Source of the DNA: Paraspadella gotoi | Taxonomy: Eukaryota; Animalia; Chaetognatha | Assembly: GCA_051294375.1 (NCBI GenBank) | Contig: CM119271.1 | Coordinates: 10,984,684 to 11,048,683 of the forward strand | Direction of reading: 5' to 3' | Length of the DNA: 64,000 nucleotides | In this document: piece by piece, positions 1 through 12,052 of the stretch | Numbering within the stretch: the first letter of the stretch is position 1 | How the letters are laid out: each line of letters starts with the position of its first letter | The notes under the pieces: generated by a model | What the model saw: the letters and a program-made list of their open reading frames with translations, nothing else | Told to the model about the DNA's origin: nothing | Database searches by the model: none | Position numbers and translations under genes: made by a program

Positions 1-146
1 GTTGCTCTTTTGTTTATGTACACTCGTCTATGTCATGTCACGCAGAATACATGTTTGATAGGCAGTCACTGTCGGCGCCGCAACGGCATTTGAAATTACT
101 CGTTCCTTGTCTTTTTTGTTTCCTAGCGTCCTTTCTTTCTTTCTTT

Positions 147-178
<32 letters not shown>

Positions 179-3100
179 TTCTTTCTTTCTTCTTTCATTT
201 CTTCTTTCTTAATCTTCTTTCTTTTTTCTTTTCTTTTCTCACATTTCACAAATTTAGAAAATTTTCGGAAGAAGTCACATCTCCTACAACGTTGCTGTTT
301 CCACCTTCTTGCGGCATGATCTCTACTTCTGTGAAATTGTTGCCTGAAATTTACTTTCTATATTTTTTCGACTCACAAGATTGTCGCCTTTTCCTCTCAG
401 AAAACAACCGCCACTAAACAAAGGAACTGTTCGACTTTACAGATAAATATCATGATGCCTCCAATAGACATATTCACGCTTATGAAGTATATGATTATAA
501 GCTTTTACCTAATTTTACGGTGGATGCGCTGATATTTACTTCATAGTGACACTTTAATGAATCATTGGCATTAACATTTGGCGAAAAACCTTCGTTTATG
601 TTTTGTTTTATCATTTTAATTTCATCTTTTTTTTGTACAACATTCTCCTTTTTTTTTTTCTTCTAGATATTTATCTCCTTTTTTCAAAATTCTCTCCTTC
701 CTATATTTTATTTATATCTTTTCCCTCACGTGTTCCTCATTTTCTTCATTTCTCTTGGTCTACCATTTCCCTCAAAGAGTATTAAAGAGTTCTCTCTCTC
801 TCTCTCTTCTCTCTTCTCTCTCTCTCTCTCCTTCTCTCTGTCTCTCTCTCTCTCATCCTCTTCTTTTCTTCTCTTCGTCTCTCCTCTCTCTGTTCCTCTC
901 TCTCATACCTCTCATTGCGCTCGCTATACATGACCGAATAATAGGAGAAAAACAGAAAGAACGAGTACTGGAAATTATGAATGCTACAGGAAACATTGCA
1001 AGACTTTTTTCTTCGAAAAATGTCCTGATAAGTCTTCATTGAAATCAAAACAATCCTCTCGGTTTATTTAATATTTTTGTTTTCTAAAAAGAAAACATCA
1101 TTCAAATTTTTCATAAATTCATTCTGCTTCTCTACAAAAAAACAAATCAGACTAACCAATAAACTCATAACTCTACTCTCTCTCCTCTCCTCTACTCTCT
1201 CAATCCTCTCAAACTCTCCCTCCTCTCCTCTTCATCTCTCCTATCAACTCTCTCGTGCTTTCTTTCTCCCCGTAATTCTTCCTATTTTGATACCTACCGT
1301 GGGTAAGTTTTTTTATTCGGTTCATTTTCAACAGTGTCGTTGATACTCACATTATATTTCTGTCACCATGTGCTGAATTTATAAGCTTAACACTTTTTTG
1401 AATTACCATTTTTTTCGAACCTGCCTCCTCACTTTTCAAACTCGTCTCACTTTTCCTTCTTCCTTCTTCTTTCAATTTTTCCTCTTTCTCTGCGGTTTTC
1501 TTATCTTTGTCAAGCCAAAAGATTCCTTGAACCGCAAAGCCCTTTTGCTTCTTAAAAGAATCCCTCCTTTTTATTCTCCCATCTTTGATTCATACAACCG
1601 ATCTCATCCTCTCGTTACTCTTTGGCCTCTGTCTCTTCTTTTCACTCTTAACTACAATACTACATCTCAATATTACAAATACATAAGTCTCTCATCTCTC
1701 TCTGTCTCCTCGTCTCTCTCTTCTTTCTCTCATTCTCTCTCTTCTCTCTCGTGCATACTGTTGATCTGGCTCCGCTTTTTTAATTTTCGCTAATAGAAGA
1801 ATGCTTTTGGTTTAACATAGGGAATACAGCGGCAATTTTTTTCTATTTCTCTTTCATTTCCTTCAGCCCTTTCTTCTCATACTCTCTTTCATCTACTCTT
1901 CTCTCTCATCGCTTTCTTTCTAACTCCATCTTTCTTCCCTCATCTATTTCTCTCTCTCTCTCTCTCTCCTCTCTCTACATCTCTCTACTCATCTTCATCA
2001 ATCTTACTTCTCTTACTCTCCTCTCTCCTCTCTCTCTCTCATCTCTGATTTATGTTAGCATTATTTCTGTTTTTTATTTCGATTCCTTTTCTCTACTTTC
2101 TTTCTCTATTTCAATTTTTCTCTAAAAACTTGCCATTAAAAAAGTTTTCACAGTACATAAACTATCTACTCGCAACCCCTAGAGCCTAACTCTCAGTCTC
2201 CCTCCTACTTTATCTTCTATTCTTCCCTCCCGACTTCTTCTTTCGTTGCTCCGCGAATCTCTTGCCCTGTTTTTCTCTTTTTCTCTCTCTTCTTTTCTTT
2301 TCCTTTCCTGTTTTTTCTTTTTTTGTCTCTTCTTTTTTTCCTCTCCCCATCTCCTCTTCTCCTCTTCTCTCTGTCGCTTCCTCTTCCTCGTCCCCGTCAA
2401 TCTCTTCTGCTCCTTCTCTCTCTCTCTTTGCTTCTTACTATTCAGTTTATCTTTCAAAACGTAAAACTATTGGCTAGTTTTCTCTCTTTGCGATTATTTT
2501 TCATTCTCACTCGCTATGTATTTTCTATTACTTTTATTGTTTTTTACTCTTTTTCTCTTCTCCTTCATTTTTTCTTTTTCTTTTCTGGAATTGATGAATA
2601 GTTAACGAAAAATTTTTTTTTCAATAATTAATTATCCCTGCTGAAATATCTTCTGACTGATTTTTCGAAAATTTATATTTTTTTAATGTTTCTAGTTAGG
2701 ATAAGTATATTTCTAAATGTATGAACAATTAACGCAAGAATACGATGTTTTGTATTTTAGCGTCTACTAACTCCTCGTTTAACCGATTGGAGAGAGAGAG
2801 AATAATAAGATGAAGGGACATCAAAAGAGACTGCTTTAAAACAAGCTGATAATGGACGCGAAAGAGGAGAGATGATGATAGAATTTGATTTTAGTGTCAT
2901 GGAGAGTTTTTAAGAAAATTAGAGTGAAGAGGAAAAGTGAGAGACGATGAGAAGAGAGAGCACGGCAGACTGTCTGCGACGAATACTTTCACTGAACGAC
3001 TTCACCGAAAAAATAAAATTTCTTCTTTCTTTTCATCTTACATTTCTCTTTTATAATATTCTCGACCCTAAATAATGAAACTCTGTTGTCATGGGCAGGA

Positions 3101-3622
3101 CTGTTATTCCTCGAGGCTGCACTCTTCGCAGGGCGTCAAAAAAGAAGGCCAAAAAGATGGTCAATCCAGAGGTCAACGGGTCTCCTAATATATCCCCGAC
3201 GCAGAGGTCAGACCGCCCCAAGAGGTCCAACCTAACCCGTCCAAATTCAATGAGGGCTGAAGACGAGGTCGCCCAGATCTTATGCGAGAGACGTTAGATT
3301 TTCATTTCCGAGAAAAGAAAAAAAGTACACAAGAATTAATAACAGGCTTGCTCTTTTCCAGAGAGAGTGTGCCCACATTCTTGTTCGTTTTTGAAACCCC
3401 GATAATTAGATTGCGCGGTTTGCGCAACGTTGAATTATCAAAAAGACTAAATTTTTTCATTATTTCGTTAAAACTTATATATTTATCTCGTTCAAAATTC
3501 TAAATATTTTCAAAGCAATTTAAGCGTATTTCAAGTATTCATACGCGCCGAGGTCATTCATCTTCTATCCCCTTTTCCTCTCTTGAAACAGAATCGAATT
3601 CATCTATTGTTTCAAGCTTCTG

Positions 3623-3724
3623 TTAAAATGGGATAAACCTTAATGGATTCTTTCTCCGATGCGGGCAGACGAAAGGGACTCCATCTCCAAAAAAGATAGT
3701 CGAATAGTTTCTTCTTTTTTTCTC
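3623..3724 (-). CDS. PLB1-like terminal exon
   Basis: Acceptor atgcag|GAG; [33 protein letters not shown], resembling the CP...P end of PLB1 domains; stop at 3623-3625. Confidence 0.55.
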   Translation of the reverse strand, partial: EKKRRNYSTIFFGDGVPFVCPHRRKNPLRFIPF

Positions 3725-6700
3725 CTGCATAATGGTTGAAAGCGGAGAGGGTGTTGTTGGGGTCGCGCATGAGAATGGGGAGGAGTGGGGTGGGAGGGAG
3801 AAGTTAAAATAAGGACAACGATACGAGATATTATATTTTCCCCATATGACAACAATGGAAATATAATATAAAAAAGGGAAAATAGAAACAGAAAACAGGA
3901 ATCGAAATGAGAAAAAATAGCTTGCTGTATGATTAGTAAATTGATAGTAGGTCATTGGCTCTCCAAATAATTGGATAAATATATATTCTTAAAATTGACT
4001 CGCCTCTTCTGACTCCTCTTTATCTTCTCTCTCTCTCTCTCCTCTTCTTCTTTCTCTGTACTCCTCTCTCTCTCTCTCTCTGTTCTTCTTTTCCTCTCTT
4101 ACTAGTGTGTACTCTCTACATCTCATACGTCAATCTCTTCTCAATCTAATCTTCGATCTCTCTCTCTCTTCTACTCCTCCTCTCCTTCAACTCTTTTCTC
4201 TCTCCCATCACCTCCCTCCCCCTCTCTACCCCCTCTCCCTCCTAAACATGTGATAAGAGATTGTTTCCACAGGTCGGCGACGTTCCGTGCAAACGCCGAC
4301 GTGGTTCGTTGACCCCTTCTCATCTGAGTAGTCAAAACTTGATAACTCGATTAAATTTTTTTATACACGCAAAGCGAAAAGATAAGGACGCATCAACATG
4401 TCAGACGTTGACATTCCATTGGCGAAAACGGCTGGAATCTCTCGTGTCGCGGTGAGAGACTCTGGACGATGATCCAAGGCGCGATCGGGACGGAGAATCG
4501 AGGCGTGCGTCGCCTGAGCTTGCGGATGATGCTGTTGTAAATCACGGAATAGGCAGCTGAAAAGCGTCGCGGTTGTGAAAGGGAGAGGCGCGTTGGAGTC
4601 GTAGTAGGTAATACGTTTGAATTAGAAAGGACCAAAGATTGGCAATGAATTCAAAGTGACTCCAAATATTGGCAATGGCATTCTTAGTGACAAAAGTGGT
4701 CAAGTGGCATTTAAAGTGAACCGAAATCGTAGCGACATATTTCAAATGTGACCAAAATGGCAATGGCATTTCAAGTGACAAAATGTAGCGAACATTGAAG
4801 TGACCAAAATGGCGCAATGACATTTCAAGCTGACCAAAAATCGTAGCGACATTTCAAGTGACCGAAAATAGGCAATGACATTTCAAGTGACCAAAATCGT
4901 AGCGACATTTCAAGTGGACAAAAATGGCAATGGCATTCAAAGTGACCAAAGTTTTAGTTAATTAATAATTGAAGTGACAATTTAAAATATACAGTGACGT
5001 TTGAAGAGACCGAAACAACACAAAACAAAACAAGTTTGAGCAAACAATGTCGCGATCTGCCTCACGATCGTTATCGGCGGTAATTAATTAATAATAATAC
5101 TTAATTCATAAGTTAACAATTAATTAATTCAACGCTGATTAATTTAATTAATAGGCAATTAAATAAATTAATTTGATCCAAAAAATGTTTTTTTTTTGGA
5201 TTGATTAATTGGCTGATAAATTAAATATTGATTAATTAATTAACTAATTGATTAATTAATTATTTGATTAATTAATACATCTTTCATTTACATTTAAAAT
5301 AAAAATAAAAAGTAGCAGGTTTTAGTGAAACAGGTTTTTTGTTTTTTTTTTTCATTTAAACTCATTTCAACTCAGACGATTCCATCGAAACTTGATTTCC
5401 AACATAATCACACACTTTCCTGCCCACATACAAAATTTCAAGTTAATCGTCCCATACAATCATAGGTAATTGGCTTTCAAATAGTGAAATATAGTTTTTT
5501 GTTTTTTCCATTTAAACTCTTTTCCACTCGCACGATTCCATCGAAACTTCATATCAAGCTCAATCACACACTTCCCTACCCACACACAAAATTTCATTCC
5601 AATCAATCATCCAATCATGAGTAATTGGTGTTTTTTTTTACTAAGGAGGGACGGACGGACATGATATATGATATATGATATATGTGGTTGCCCAACAATA
5701 TTGAGGGGGCAGATCCGACTAGAAATAAAACAAATGCGATGAAACCTTTGGCCTCCTCATCGTATTCCGGGTGGTGCGCCAAGGGACATAAGAATCTGTG
5801 CGCAGAAGAGCAAGCCTTTCCGACGTTGAGGAATTTGACTTGAGTCGAGTCAAAGATATCACAGACATTGACAACGAGACGCGGGATCGAAGAGAGAATC
5901 TTCATCGTGGCCTCCATGTGCTGGCGAAAGTTGAAGGCGGAGAAGCGAAAGCTGAAAGAAGTTGGGAGAGAAGGGGAATGGAAAAAAAAATGGACAGCGT
6001 CTTTTTTTCTTTTTTTTTTTTTTAAACCATTTTCATATTTTAGTATTTGCTTCGCTCAAATTAATCTTTTAGCCCTAAATTTGACATTTTTTTTAAATAA
6101 AATTTGATTGATTAATTTTTGTCCTCCAATTTTTTTTTGCTTTAGCAAATACTAATCTACTAATGTGTTTTCTTGTTTTTTTATTCTTGATTAAAATTGG
6201 TACAACCAATATAAAATTATCCTTTCATTTAATAAATAAGCTATCTTATCCCAGACTTTGGACAGGCTTTGGTGGTTCAAAACTTCCATCACGAGATAAT
6301 GACAACCTTTCAATTTCCTTTGAAGTTTGAACAACCGCCATTACTTCATTTTTGTTCATTGCGCGTAGGATAAATGCTTTTTTGAATAAAAAAAAAAATT
6401 ATTACCCCTTGGGGCCAAAATAAAGACAAATGTCGTTTCCGCCGATGAAGATCGTAACGAGTTTCCAGTCTTTCTCAAAATCCACGTCGGGCGAATCCTT
6501 CAGGAGTCGAATCAAACGTTTAGCCTGATTGGGCAGGTCGCTCGCGGTGACGCCTGGAACGGCGACGTCGTTGTGCGCGTCTGAGAAGAGAGAGGATAAG
6601 ACGCTGAGTTGGCCTAAGACGACTGTCCGTAACTTCATCGCCACATCTGGCAACGATTGAACGAGACAAGGTTTTGGGGTTTTTTTCCCACCGACACCTT

Positions 6701-7027
6701 CGTTCGGAGGAACGGATCTTCCAGTAAAGAGCTGCTTTCCGAGAGAGAAGCCTTTGATTTCCGGGTTGTAGAGCTTGAGAATGTTGGGTAAGGTCAAGAC
6801 CGAGGTGAGGTCCTTCTCTCCGCCGATGCTCCACGACCAACCGCGATACATCATGGCGACGCCTGGGATGTTCTTTGCGAAGATTCCGCAACCTGGTTTA
6901 CAATTAAAAACATGTACATATGGACAAATTATATAAAAAAATATCTTTCTTTCATGTTCATTTTGTTCACTGATGGTTGAAAGCAATCATTCTATTTTTG
7001 TTCTCTCTCTCTCTCTCTCTCTCTTCT

Positions 7028-7069
<42 letters not shown>

Positions 7070-8778
7070 GACAATGTCAGTACGTCTACCTGACGTGTGG
7101 AATCCCCCAAAGCTCCAACAACTTTGATGTCTCCAGGTCTCAATTTGTGGACGGAAGATGGCGTCGTTTTTGAAGGCGGGATGGGGTCGCAATTGAAGGG
7201 CGGCGTCGGGAGAGGCGGAGCTGGGGATTTGGAAATCGGGAATTTGGGGATGGTAGCAATGGATAGAGATTAGCTTATCAGTGATAAGGGATCAAGGATG
7301 GAATCGTCATTTTGGGATAATATGGTGACAGTCAACATCAGTCGCATTAAAAGAAAATTACAACAGAATTTAAAGTCAATATTTAACAAAAATTGGGAAT
7401 TTATGATCGGGGATAGTGATTAGAGATTGGGAATCAATGACTGAATATCGGTTAAAGTTAATCTCACCGATTAAACGGAAAAATGACTTTAAATATCACT
7501 TTAAATGTCATTGGCGGGCCAAAATCCACAGGCCTTTTTTTTTAAAGGGATTCTAAATAAATGTATTTTTAATTTTTTTAACTATCAATGGTCACTTCAT
7601 TTTAAGGTTTTGCAAATAATTATTTAACTGATCTTTTGAACAATCATTCTCTCCCTATAGTATTGAAAGTTCATCTTTGGAATAAACTGAGTTCTGTAAA
7701 ACAAGGCGTTGAAAAAACTTGAATGGAATGTTCCTTACCTCAGTATTTTCGTAACTTACCTTCGACCTCCTTCACATCCTCTTCCTTCACATTTCTCAAT
7801 AAATCCCAGAAAGTGAAACTCGATTCTTGAGTGAGGCGATCTTTCGAAGTGAGTGAGCGTAAAGGGTAAAATAATGGGGGAACATGACATAAATATATAC
7901 ATAAATACATATGTATAAATATATAGTTTGTATTACTTAGTAAATAATAAATAAACAAGGAACGGTTATTCCAAGGTGTTGCGCCGCATTACTTTTCTCT
8001 TCACTTATCTTTTCTTTAAAAACCAAAGGCGGCGCCAGTAGTCACTTCGATTTGATTTTTAACAAATGAGCAACAAACTATAGGCAAGTTATAAGCGTTT
8101 TTAACGTAAGTGGGACAGACTGACCGACAAACATACCGATAGACCGACCAACCGTCCGACCGACCAAAAAGTGACTTATAGAGTTGCTCCACGAGTACTC
8201 GCGGCGCAACTAAAAAGTAATAAATAAATATTAAGTAAATAATACTTAGTAAAAGCGCTGATAGCGACTCGAGAAGGTATCAATGTCCATATTATTAATC
8301 TCATTAGAATTCCTTCGGCCCCAGCCGCAATATTTCCCCAAAATCTGCGATTTCTTGAAAAGATACTATTATTTGTTTTCTTTAAATTTGTAACATTAGG
8401 GGGACATATTAAAACGACAGGACTTAGTATGGCAGGAAATTAGCAAGGAGAAAAAGGTATCATTGTCATAAGTTTGTCTTTAAAAGACGCAAAGTATCAT
8501 TATAACTAAAAAAGTAATAATAGAAATAGGTAAACTACTCTATATTAGTATATAGTATATCTTCAGCTAGACCGCAGAGATAACAAGACTGTAATGATTA
8601 AACTAAATACAAACTACGAAATGACCCAAAGACATAATCATTTAATGACTCAAATTCTTTTAATCTTTTCCTGTTGATATCAGAACGACTTGGTACCTTG
8701 ACTATTCATGAATTCGCCGTCCACTGCGAAGGAGAAAACTAAAAAGAGGCGGATTAGTACTTTCGAAGTTAACTTCAT
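3623..8778 (-). CDS. PLB1: Phospholipase B1-like GDSL/SGNH lipase, spliced gene (>=9 exons), secreted single-domain form
   Basis: Exons joined manually at GT-AG sites give [21 protein letters not shown] (signal-like)...[21 protein letters not shown]...[10 protein letters not shown]...[11 protein letters not shown]...VAVPG...[19 protein letters not shown]...IPRLVVNV...LWNN-like...FVCP. These are recognisable PLB1-family motifs. The symbol denotes family membership; orthology is untested. Confidence 0.9.
4248..4340 (-). CDS. PLB1-like exon remnant (block V / LWNN region), heavily degraded
   Basis: Minus strand contains GAGAAGGG (EKG) and CTGTGGAAACAATCTC, which reads LWNNL after removing one A. 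The DxxH catalytic motif is not legible. Boundaries are approximate. Confidence 0.45.
4413..4556 (-). CDS. PLB1-like exon, indel-degraded
   Basis: Acceptor cttttcag|CT matches phase 1; begins [14 protein letters not shown]...IIVQS, the position expected for the Y...TVVxQPF segment. The 3' boundary is uncertain. Confidence 0.55.
4630..4950. repeat. ~27-bp intronic minisatellite, ~12 units, alternating A/B variants
   Basis: Units GACCAAAATGGCAATGGCATTTCAAGT and GACCAAAATCGTAGCGACATTTCAAGT alternate over the 3' part of the array. Confidence 0.9.
5029..5726 (-). mobile_element. DINE-1/HINE-like non-autonomous element, family A, copy 1 (in PLB1-like intron)
   Basis: Subterminal inverted repeats GTCG(C)GATCTGCC (5049-5061) and GGCAGATCCGAC (5708-5719); (GGAC)n tract; internal ~165-bp tandem duplication; terminal hairpin GTTTGAGCAAAC; CTTGTT end on the minus strand; homologous to 14542 and 20215. 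Confidence 0.75.
5746..5951 (-). CDS. PLB1-like exon
   Basis: Acceptor tctttcag|C matches phase 2; [68 protein letters not shown]; donor AAAG|GTTTCA, phase 1. Confidence 0.85.
6194..6315 (+). mobile_element. Unclassified interspersed repeat family D (fragment)
   Basis: AAATTGGTACAA...TTTAATAAATAAGC...GACTTTGGACAGGCTTTGGTGGTT also occurs at 51409-51610 and 55403-55614, partially at 18006-18063, and inverted at 18716-18795 and 43675-43915. Confidence 0.7.
6406..6580 (-). CDS. PLB1-like exon with SGNH blocks II and III
   Basis: Pyrimidine-rich acceptor ...tcag|AC; [58 protein letters not shown]; donor GG|GTAATA, phase 2. Confidence 0.92.
6698..6892 (-). CDS. PLB1-like exon
   Basis: 195 nt, phase 1-1; [65 protein letters not shown] (part of ORF 6402-6986). 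Confidence 0.9.
7090..7220 (-). CDS. PLB1-like exon with catalytic GDS motif
   Basis: Acceptor ccccag|CT; [41 protein letters not shown]; donor CAG|GTAGAC. One base is missing after GDS relative to the phase of the next exon. Confidence 0.9.
7760..7840 (-). CDS. PLB1-like exon (N-terminal/pro region)
   Basis: 81 nt, phase 1-1; acceptor AAG|AT, consensus donor GAAG|GTAAGT; reads [27 protein letters not shown]. Confidence 0.65.
7953..8216 (-). mobile_element. DINE-1/HINE-like element, family B, copy 1 (in PLB1-like intron)
   Basis: Perfect 10-bp subterminal inverted repeat GTTGCGCCGC (7978-7987) / GCGGCGCAAC (8201-8210); (GACC/GACA)n tract; CTTGTT terminus; reverse-complement homologue at 19623-19888. 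Confidence 0.78.
8697..8778 (-). CDS. PLB1-like exon 1 (start codon, signal peptide)
   Basis: ATG at 8778; [27 protein letters not shown] with basic N-terminus and hydrophobic core; donor CAAG|GTACCA, phase 1. Confidence 0.7.
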
Positions 8779-10847
8779 CCTCTTTGTGGTAGAGTAGAAT
8801 AAAAAAAAGAATAATTGAAATTGATTTAAGATTATTTTTTTAAGTAAAGAATTAAACTAAGGGACGATGGAACTGGACTGTTTTTTATTTCGGTTACGAC
8901 CAAATTTTAATTTTAATGGGAACAGTAAAGAGACATAGAAATAATTGGTAAGCGACTTGTAATGANNNNNNNNNNNNNNNNNNNNNNNNNNNNNNNNNNN
9001 NNNNNNNGCGTATATTGAGCATGCGGTGGGATGTCGAGGAGATCTAAATCTACAGTAAACCGTAGTGGCACAATTTGAATGTGAAACATACTGACCTTAG
9101 GCAGCACTAATTCGATGGGAAAGTATTAATAATAAGCTGCGTTATCAAAGTGCCTACAAAGAGACCGCAGACGAGAACGGAAGAGCGACGACCACGACGA
9201 GAGAGTGATGAGACGAGAGACGAGCACGCAGCACGAGACAGAGCGCAGAATCGCAGCACGATCACGCAGAAGAGTCAGAGAGAGAGCAGAGCAGAGAGAG
9301 ACGAAGATGGACACTTTGCACACTTGCAATTATTCTCATAAACGGCCAAACGGTGACCCATGAGTCCTGTAGGCTCGCCGTAACGGGACTCCCTCGCGCA
9401 CAACAGCATATAACAAAACGAATCCATACTGATTGCCGTATTAGTCTATCGCTGTTAAAATAATTTATTTGGGTGCACCACTTCTGCCCACCAATTTTTG
9501 AACCACTACAGCGATTCGTTGATTCAAATCTATCTCATAATTGCTAGATATAATATTCCAGAATTTGTTTTTTTTTTGAATTTTGAATTTTCTTTAACTT
9601 GATTTCTGATAGAGCTCAAAAAGTTAATTACAACTTTTTAAAACTTTTGATGTTTTAATTGCTTGAAAATTCAGCAAATTCTGGCTAAAATTATTCGTGT
9701 GCCATGATTACGCTGAGGCCATGCTTTTTTTTAGGTTTTTATTTTTCCAATTACAGCACTGATCCCGAAAGCTCAGGCACTGCCTTATATTGAACCTGTT
9801 ACTCTGTCATTCAAACACTTATCAATAATTCACTAGTGTTCTCTTCAATCCCTAACCTTAACGCGATGTGTCTTAGTGTGGAGACACCGAGTAAGAGGTG
9901 CCTAGGCAAACTGTTAATGTGTGTTGTGCCAAATGGCAGTGGTCAGACTGTAGAATACAAGATTGAATTGAATATATCTACGACTGTTGTTATAATCTGA
10001 ACTTTAATTATTTGAAATTAAACTTAAAATTTAGTGAAGCATTGTTGAACATTAAATAGATGTACATTGCATATATTAAGAGTAAAACTAAATTAATAGC
10101 AGTATGTGCATAAGATTGACATTTAACTATCTAAAATTAAACTAACATGTTACATAATATGGTGCGACCCAATAAATTAAAGGTTGGAGAGGTAGTGGGG
10201 AGAGATGTGAGGAGAGCTGAAGGATTAGATAAATGAACTAACATGAATGAAATTACTATTTAAGTATTAAAATTAAACTAAATTAATAAATGAATAAATG
10301 GAGGTAAGGATAATGTAATATAAATTAGAGACTAAATTGAATAAATGAAGTAAGATTGGATGAATATTGATCCTCTCCTCTTGTGGTTTCGGCTCCGGCG
10401 TCAAGATTTCGGCGCCGGGTCTCGGAGGGCGCGATTCCATATTCGCGTGAGTGGAAACGGCGCCATGTGTAAGTCGGTCGGTCTTTCCGTTTCTCCACTT
10501 CCTCAATGTATGTATGTTTGTATGAATGAATGTTTCTCAATGTATGTTTCTCAATGTATGTTTCTCAATGTATGTTTCTCTGATATTTCGTCAATCTGAT
10601 GTTTTGCTTATTGTCCTTTTTATTGTCCTTTTTGTCTCTTTTGTCTCTCTCTCCTTTAATAACCAATACCCCCTACAAAATAAAAAATAAATAAATAAAA
10701 AAAAAAACAAATAAATAATATTTTTTTTATTGAGTCTATTTTTTTGTTTTTCGTCTTTGAATCTGAAAACTATTCATCTCGTCATTAAAACGAAATTCAT
10801 CTCTCTCTCTCTCTATCTCCCCTCTATTCTTCTAGGCTCCCTCTTTT

Positions 10848-10893
<46 letters not shown>

Positions 10894-11712
10894 TCGTCTG
10901 GCATATTCCCCCCCAAAAAAATCCCTCTCTATTTTTGTGGTGTGAGCGGAGGGCCCCGCCTGCTCGCCTGCTCGCCTGTTCGCCAGCTATTTAGTTTCGC
11001 CTGTCATTTTTTTCCTTCTTTCTTCTCAACCAGAGAAAAGGGAATTTTTAAAAATTCATTTTTTTAGGAAAAAAAAAGTTTTCTCTCTTTCAAAGTCATT
11101 TTTTTAAAATCTAATCTTTTATATATTTTATATATTTTAGACGTTTAGTCGTTTTTAAAGTAGGTTGTTGTTGTTATTGTTGTTGTTGGTGTAGTTTATT
11201 TTATTTTGTCGTCGTTGTCTTCCTTGTTATTGTTATCAATGTTGATGTTTTTGTTATTATGGATCTTCTTATTTGTTCTTACTTCTTTTTTTTCTTATTT
11301 CTTATTTCTTATTTCCTCTTATCTTCTTAATTTCTTGTCGTCGTCGTCGTCGTTGTTATTGTTGTTGTCGTTGTTATTATCATTGTTGTTTTTGTCGTCT
11401 CTCATTTTATTTTCGTAGTTTTTGATGTTATGACTTCGTTGTTGTCTTTGCGTCGTCGTCGTCGTCGTCGTCATCACCGTTGACGTTGTTGTAAGCCTTT
11501 GTTGACGTCGATCTCTTTGAATTTGCTGTTGTCTTAATTGTTGTTTATGTTTTTGTTGTTGTTGTTGTTGTTGTAGTCGTAATTACTTTTTTTTTCGCTC
11601 CAAGTTTTTCCCTTTTGTTTCGAGTGACTTCGAGTTTTTCTCTCTTTGGCTCCGGGCGGAAAAAAAAAAATTGCAATCAGGAGTCTCTTTCATCGCAGCC
11701 AGTATTTTGAGT

Positions 11713-12052
11713 CGACGACGACGATGAGGAAGACGACGACGACGATGTCGAAGACGATGAAGACGACGACGATGACGACGACGACGAAGAGCATGAAGAA
11801 GACGACGATGACGACGACGATGACAATGAAGATGATGATAAAGACTATGACGACAACAAAGACGATGAAGATGACGACGATAACGGCAAAGAAGACGAGG
11901 ACGACGACGATGAAGACGACATCGATGAAAACGACCCTGAAAAAGATGTGGCGACGACGATGACGATGACGACGATGACAGCGACGACGACGACGATGAT
12001 AAGGACGATGAATACGACGACGACGAGAACGACGACAGCGACGACGACGACG
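11713..12052. repeat. Degenerate (GAC/GAT)n trinucleotide tract
   Basis: Directly visible; similar tracts at 46283-46500 and 46959-47270, and inverted at 11335-11475 and 61026-61096. Confidence 0.9.

Noticed and set aside
28-2601. Many hydrophobic or Arg/Glu-rich ORFs (SLSL, ERER, FFLS) here and throughout the window
   Set aside because: They are translations of (AG)n, (GAAA)n and CT-rich microsatellites; low complexity suppresses stops, and there are no domain motifs.
3091-3297. 68-aa ORF / coding-like island downstream of the lipase
   Set aside because: No recognisable homology on either strand, and it lies in the noisiest part of the scaffold.
4630-4950. CRISPR-like array
   Set aside because: No unique spacers; units are contiguous with only two alternating variants; eukaryotic intron; no cas genes.
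6402-6986. Single 194-aa intronless protein
   Set aside because: It is two exons plus a read-through intron and upstream intron sequence of the PLB1-like gene.
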